IMG/VR virus record: IMGVR_UViG_3300009702_000018
Span: 1-64,000 of that record
Strand: one strand, 5' to 3'
DNA from: a virus
DNA: 64,000 bases
The position numbers and the translations under genes were made by a program. The notes beneath the pieces were generated by a model. It was not told the DNA's origin. It did no database searches and was given only the letters and a program-made list of their open reading frames with translations. Shown here piece by piece: positions 59,399 to 64,000 of this stretch (positions are counted from its first letter, which is position 1; the number at the start of each line of letters is the position of its first letter).

Positions 59399-60037
59399 TT
59401 AATAATAAGTACATTCAACTTTAAGTCTGTTACTATCATTAAATCCCACAATAGTTGGCATTATTGATATTCCTATAAACCAATCATGATCAGTATCGGC
59501 ACTCGCAGTATGAGCTGTAAGACTTAATTTATTAGTCGGATCAGGAGTTGACCATTGAGGTGATACAGTATGTAACTCAACCATTCCCACAATACAATTT
59601 GTAATTGGGCTATCTCCAGTAGTACCAGAACCAGCCCAAACATTAACAGGATTACATCTTACACCAAAAGTATGATTAAAATGTAAATCGATACCTTGCG
59701 AGGGACGAGGGCTTGATGCTGACATCGTAGCAATTGAACTGGCACTATTAATATAACAAACTGCTGCAGAAGACCAACCCCCCGTTGGACTAAAACCAGA
59801 AGCAGGATGTAAAGGCCATAAGTGATTAGTAACACAAAGATCAGTAGAACTTTCTGCTGTATTTGCTGCAAGATGTAATGCATTATTCCAAGTATTTAGA
59901 TTTATATTGCCCTGAAAGTTAGAACGTCCACCCGCCCCAAAAGATAAGGCATAAGCACTGGAACTACTTAAAAACACAGCAGTTGCAGTAGAAGTAGATG
60001 TTCCACTTTCCCAAGCGTAAAAAGTCCATTCAGCCAT
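59399..60037 (-). CDS. Ser/Thr-rich putative structural protein
   Basis: AAGGAG RBS; HDWFIGIS...ECTYY. Confidence 0.55.
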   Translation of the reverse strand: MAEWTFYAWESGTSTSTATAVFLSSSSAYALSFGAGGRSNFQGNINLNTWNNALHLAANTAESSTDLCVTNHLWPLHPASGFSPTGGWSSAAVCYINSASSIATMSASSPRPSQGIDLHFNHTFGVRCNPVNVWAGSGTTGDSPITNCIVGMVELHTVSPQWSTPDPTNKLSLTAHTASADTDHDWFIGISIMPTIVGFNDSNRLKVECTYY

Positions 60038-60049
60038 TTAATTTTCTCC

Positions 60050-60592
60050 TTAAATTTCTTTATCTACTGGAGATTTTTTACTCTCCAAATATTCTTCTTC
60101 AATTTTTTTAATTTTATGATCACAATAGATAATTAAAGAACTAGGATAATCGGCTTCAATTAAAGAATCTTTAAATCTTTTTACCGCAAATTCACTTGTC
60201 ATCGCATCAATAATTTTTTCTAAATCATCAGGATTATCCTTATATTTTTCAATAATTCTTTTCATAGTAGAATCGTTCATAGCATTTTTATTATATAATT
60301 CTTCTTCACTTTCTATATTTTTATCTTCAACTATCCAACCGTTCATAAAATCTTTAGATTTTAATAAAATTTCTCTTTCTTGTTCTGTAATATTAGTTTT
60401 TGTTTCATGACCTTCGAACCAATCAGTGCTTCCATCTTCACGAGGGAAAAACATAAGTCCTGGTCTTAAATTAGTAAAACTATAATAAACTTTTTCTTCC
60501 AAGACGACCAAATGTTCGTCGCCTAATTGATCCCTTAAAATTTTTGCTTTTTTATTAGGGACTATTTTTCTTTTAGTTGTTTTTTTAGCCAT
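60050..60592 (-). CDS. Hypothetical protein
   Basis: Follows the capsid gene; RBS AAAGG. Confidence 0.6.
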   Translation of the reverse strand: MAKKTTKRKIVPNKKAKILRDQLGDEHLVVLEEKVYYSFTNLRPGLMFFPREDGSTDWFEGHETKTNITEQEREILLKSKDFMNGWIVEDKNIESEEELYNKNAMNDSTMKRIIEKYKDNPDDLEKIIDAMTSEFAVKRFKDSLIEADYPSSLIIYCDHKIKKIEEEYLESKKSPVDKEI

Positions 60593-60610
60593 TCTTTACC
60601 TTTCTGATTA

Positions 60611-60626
60611 GGGGCTAATAAGCCCC
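60611..60626 (-). terminator. Hairpin after the major capsid gene
   Basis: GGGGCT-AATA-AGCCCC; no clear U-tract. Confidence 0.5.
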
Positions 60627-60632
60627 CATATA

Positions 60633-61550
60633 TTAAGTAATAACGATTTTTGCCATTCTTTCGGGGAAGAATACAGCAACACCCATTTTCATATAAATAT
60701 GAACATGCCACATAAGAGTATCTACGTCAATATCATCTTTAGAACGAAGTTCTTGAGATACGACATATTTACCAATATCTTTACCTACAATTAAAATAGT
60801 ATCTTGTGGAATGGTAATATGACCAAATCCATCACGATACTGTTGTAATCCAATAATTGGAATACCACGATAAAGTTGTATCTTCCCAGTTTTCATAATC
60901 TGATCTTTTACAGAATCAGAATAGACTCCAAGATCACCAGCAGTGGTATCAGTATTAAAATCTAAAATAGAATATAATAGATTTCTTCGACCGATAATAG
61001 CAGTGGCTCCACCCACTTGATCTTCAACCCAGTTGATAGCCTGATCCAAAGCTGTTTTACTTAAACCACTAGCGGCAGTAAAATAATTTGAATCAGTTGC
61101 AGAAACAGAACCAGAAATAGTATTAAAGACTCTAGTATTAATAGCAGCCAAAATAGCATCACGTGCAGCTTTAATTTGATCTTGAGCAGTACCATATCGA
61201 CCAGCTTCTAATTGAGAAATTTCATACTCTGGATGAGCAGAAATCATCCAAGTTGGTACAGTAAATACTTTTTGGATCATTTGGGTTCTAGGAGCATAAG
61301 AACCAGGTTCGTGCCAAAAAGCTTTCAACTTGCCAGGCAGTGCAAATTCAGCACTAGTCCCAACAGGGATAGTTTCTTTTGGCAACATTAAAGCGGCAAG
61401 GTCTTTCTGTTCTACACTATCACTAACATATTTCACGATTTTATTGGCAACAGCATGCCTCTGTTCTTGAGAACCAAGAACAGCTTCTTTCATCTCTTTA
61501 GCAAACTGTTCCCATACTTGTTTAGTGTTCAATTTAGAACCTCCTTGCAA
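60633..61550 (-). CDS. Major capsid protein (HK97 fold)
   Basis: About 305 aa, after scaffold and decoration genes; G..QLYRGIPII, ILIVG, MGVAV; downstream hairpin. Confidence 0.8.
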   Translation of the reverse strand: MQGGSKLNTKQVWEQFAKEMKEAVLGSQEQRHAVANKIVKYVSDSVEQKDLAALMLPKETIPVGTSAEFALPGKLKAFWHEPGSYAPRTQMIQKVFTVPTWMISAHPEYEISQLEAGRYGTAQDQIKAARDAILAAINTRVFNTISGSVSATDSNYFTAASGLSKTALDQAINWVEDQVGGATAIIGRRNLLYSILDFNTDTTAGDLGVYSDSVKDQIMKTGKIQLYRGIPIIGLQQYRDGFGHITIPQDTILIVGKDIGKYVVSQELRSKDDIDVDTLMWHVHIYMKMGVAVFFPERMAKIVIT

Positions 61551-61555
61551 ATTAA

Positions 61556-62125
61556 TTAAATAACAGGTTGATTTTGATTAGCCGGTGTAGTGCGAACACG
61601 CAATAATAAATTGTTAGTTGTAGAATTGCTATAATAAGCACCAGTTACAAAACCAATTGATTGAGCAGTACCTAATGCACCAGAAGCAGAAGTATCTCCC
61701 CACAACTTACCATCACCAGCAGTGGATACATAAACTCTATGTAAACCAACAGTGGCAGCAGCCGTAGCTGAACCAGGCATATACATTGTAGAACCAGTAA
61801 CAGAAGATACTGCAGTGGAAATAGAGATACCAAAAGATAAAGCATCAAATTGGTCAGTACCATATTCACCAGCATCATAATATATTACTGTATCACCTTT
61901 TGCAGGTTTATCAACAGAGTCAGATGTATCATTCAAATCTTCTTCAAAATAATATTTATTTATTGGGTAAAACGAAGCAGCAGCTTGAGCAGCAGTAACA
62001 GCAACATTAAGCGTGATATTTCCATCAGAATCAAATCCGGAAATATAACAAAAAGAACCTCGATGTGCAGCACTGGTATCAATAATCCCGCTATATCTTA
62101 CTCCAGGAATAAAAACTTCTAACAT
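61556..62125 (-). CDS. Putative capsid decoration protein
   Basis: AAGGAGG RBS; GEYGTDQF and IGFV motifs; between scaffold and capsid genes. Confidence 0.6.
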   Translation of the reverse strand: MLEVFIPGVRYSGIIDTSAAHRGSFCYISGFDSDGNITLNVAVTAAQAAASFYPINKYYFEEDLNDTSDSVDKPAKGDTVIYYDAGEYGTDQFDALSFGISISTAVSSVTGSTMYMPGSATAAATVGLHRVYVSTAGDGKLWGDTSASGALGTAQSIGFVTGAYYSNSTTNNLLLRVRTTPANQNQPVI

Positions 62126-62141
62126 TTAATATTCCTCCTTT

Positions 62142-62681
62142 TTATAAATCAAGAATTTGTTTCAAACCAAGATCAATTCCTGATTCGTTTTTCTCGTTTT
62201 CGTTGTCGACTTTAGAAGCAATAGCAGTCTTGTTAGATTCCTCAACGGGATCTTCCTTTTTCGTTCCCTTACTTTCATCCTTATTCGTTTCAACAGACGC
62301 TTTCGCATTTTCAGAGACTTCATTTAAAATAGATAGAAATTGGTCAAAAGAATCATTGTTCAAACGAGCAATACTTTCTTTTACAAAATCTAAATTATCT
62401 TTAAATTCAAATCCCTTTTCTATAAGAGTCTCATATCTAGCTTCGGCTGTTTTTTGAAGCTCGATGTTTTTTTTATACTCTTCTAATTCTTTGGCAATGG
62501 CATCTTTTTCTTTCTCTTTTTCTGCCATTGACAATTTTAAACCCTCAATTATTTCACTATTATCGGTAATTTCTTGTTCTAATTGAGCTAGTTTACTTCC
62601 ATTTTCAATTTCCTTCAGACGATCATTAAGCTCTGCAGCAACAGCCTCTTTAAATTCTGCAGAATTCTTGTCAATAGTCAT
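62142..62681 (-). CDS. Nested scaffold protein from an internal start
   Basis: AAAGGAGGA 9 nt upstream of in-frame ATG (MTIDKNS); acidic coiled coil. Confidence 0.6.
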   Translation of the reverse strand: MTIDKNSAEFKEAVAAELNDRLKEIENGSKLAQLEQEITDNSEIIEGLKLSMAEKEKEKDAIAKELEEYKKNIELQKTAEARYETLIEKGFEFKDNLDFVKESIARLNNDSFDQFLSILNEVSENAKASVETNKDESKGTKKEDPVEESNKTAIASKVDNENEKNESGIDLGLKQILDL

Positions 62682-63941
62682 ATCTTCAGTTCCTCCTTTA
62701 TCATCTTCATATAAAAATTCATTTATATCTATGTTAAATGCTTTTGCAGATTCTATGATTTTCTTAACGAGAAAGATTTTTTCTTCATTGTTATAAAATT
62801 CACAATCACTATTAAATATTTTTTCAGCACTGGAAAAAAGATTTTCTATGGAGTCAATAGGGAAAATTCGATTAATCGCATCTGCAAATGCTTCATCAGG
62901 TAATTCTGATAAATTATTATTGTATTCATCTGGTATGTTTGCTTTTTTACTAATTGTAATATTAGCCTGAGCCGTTAATAGATTAGAAAATAATGTCTTT
63001 TTTAAATTCATACTTTTAATAAAATTAGTATTCATTAATGAATTCATTATTTTATCATCTTCTACTAAAGAGGCTAATGCTATGCTTTTTGCATAAACAT
63101 CTGCTGGTCCTTGAGTAACTCCAGCACCAACAAAATTACTATCAATAAATATACGGGAAGCAATACCTGTTTGTCTTCGTGTTAATAGATGATCACAATA
63201 TTCAAAAACACTATTAAATGTTTCATGACAAACAGAACAAGAAGCGGCACCAAATTGATTTTCCATAGAAAAGAATAAGTTGCCATTTTTTTGTCTGTCT
63301 CTCATTTTTTTTGCCTCAATAGGATTTTTGTATTCCCAAATAGCAGCTTGACACACAACAAAATCTTTTTTCAGTGGGTCTATTTCTTTATAATATTCTT
63401 TCTCTGCATCTGTAAGATTTTTAACATCAACAAATTTGCTAGCATAAATCACTCCAATATTATTGTTGGAATGTTCCCAATTAACAGGTTTATTAATTGC
63501 AGTTGGAGCTGCATTTCTTAAATCATCTGCAGTAAATTCGTCAAGGTTACTATTCTTATCAGCATGACATAAAATAAACTCAACATGCATTAAATCCGAA
63601 TTTTGATGTTGTTTCGCAATTGCCTCAGATTCAGGGCTATTTGGGTTTTCAATAATTCTAGAAGCAGACGTATAAATTTGAACAGAATTCAAAGAACCTT
63701 TTCCTCCATTCAATTTCGCATGTAATTTTCTATGACAACTACGACATAAATATTCTAAATTACTACGAGCATTATTATTTCTATTCCCATCTTTATGATG
63801 GATTTCTAATGTTCCTTTTGTTGTTCCGCATCGAGCACATACTTTTTTTAATGGTTTGAATTTTTTATTACCTTTATTATGCTTTCTGTCCGGAGCATAT
63901 CTATTATGATAGGTGTCATCTGCAAAAGAAACGTTTTTCAT
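62142..63941 (-). CDS. HNH nuclease - prohead protease - scaffold fusion
   Basis: CARC...EIHHKDGNRNNN...NL..LCRSCH; KPVNWEH...IG and FSME...CSVC...CDH; coiled-coil C-terminus. Confidence 0.75.
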   Translation of the reverse strand: MKNVSFADDTYHNRYAPDRKHNKGNKKFKPLKKVCARCGTTKGTLEIHHKDGNRNNNARSNLEYLCRSCHRKLHAKLNGGKGSLNSVQIYTSASRIIENPNSPESEAIAKQHQNSDLMHVEFILCHADKNSNLDEFTADDLRNAAPTAINKPVNWEHSNNNIGVIYASKFVDVKNLTDAEKEYYKEIDPLKKDFVVCQAAIWEYKNPIEAKKMRDRQKNGNLFFSMENQFGAASCSVCHETFNSVFEYCDHLLTRRQTGIASRIFIDSNFVGAGVTQGPADVYAKSIALASLVEDDKIMNSLMNTNFIKSMNLKKTLFSNLLTAQANITISKKANIPDEYNNNLSELPDEAFADAINRIFPIDSIENLFSSAEKIFNSDCEFYNNEEKIFLVKKIIESAKAFNIDINEFLYEDDKGGTEDMTIDKNSAEFKEAVAAELNDRLKEIENGSKLAQLEQEITDNSEIIEGLKLSMAEKEKEKDAIAKELEEYKKNIELQKTAEARYETLIEKGFEFKDNLDFVKESIARLNNDSFDQFLSILNEVSENAKASVETNKDESKGTKKEDPVEESNKTAIASKVDNENEKNESGIDLGLKQILDL

Positions 63942-64000
63942 TGTATTAAGCTCTGGGATTAGGATTAGCAGTATTCTTTAATAGTTTGTCTTTTCTTATA

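Noticed and set aside
4892-63521. Short antisense or alternate-frame ORFs in the track (e.g. 4892-5188, 8060-8278, 23944-24291, 42075-42404, 44151-44555)
   Set aside because: They overlap well-supported genes and lack motifs or RBS; shadow ORFs
1-64000. Integrase, transposase, terminase, portal or tRNA genes
   Set aside because: None recognised in the window; portal and terminase probably lie beyond the right edge

Overview
This very AT-rich window is a segment of a tailed dsDNA phage genome, probably a siphovirus (long tape measure, no sheath gene). It has two convergent arms. The plus strand (about 0.67-30.3 kb) carries four orphan DNA methyltransferases (one broken by a TAA), a truncated editing-less alanyl-tRNA synthetase, and a bacterial-type replisome: DnaE, a DnaX-like clamp loader, DnaB, a domain-permuted DnaG, a SpoVG-like protein, a Rad52-like annealase, a RecB/Cas4-like exonuclease and RecU. 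It also carries a 7-deazaguanine DNA-modification set (FolE, QueD, a DpdL-like QueD paralog, QueE and a TGT/DpdA-like protein, with no QueC in the window) interleaved with glycosyltransferases, a PIG-L-type deacetylase and SAM methyltransferases. The minus strand (about 30.2-64 kb) is the virion module: HNH-protease-scaffold fusion, decoration protein, major capsid, accessory fibre and propeller proteins, neck, tail tube, chaperones, tape measure, tail tip and an amidase endolysin. Non-coding signals are a 12-bp tandem array at the left edge, a 54-bp structured element present twice (424 and 28581), a 41-bp duplication around the first MTase and a GC-rich hairpin leader at 8832-8890. All calls rest on motif recognition by eye; no searches were run.
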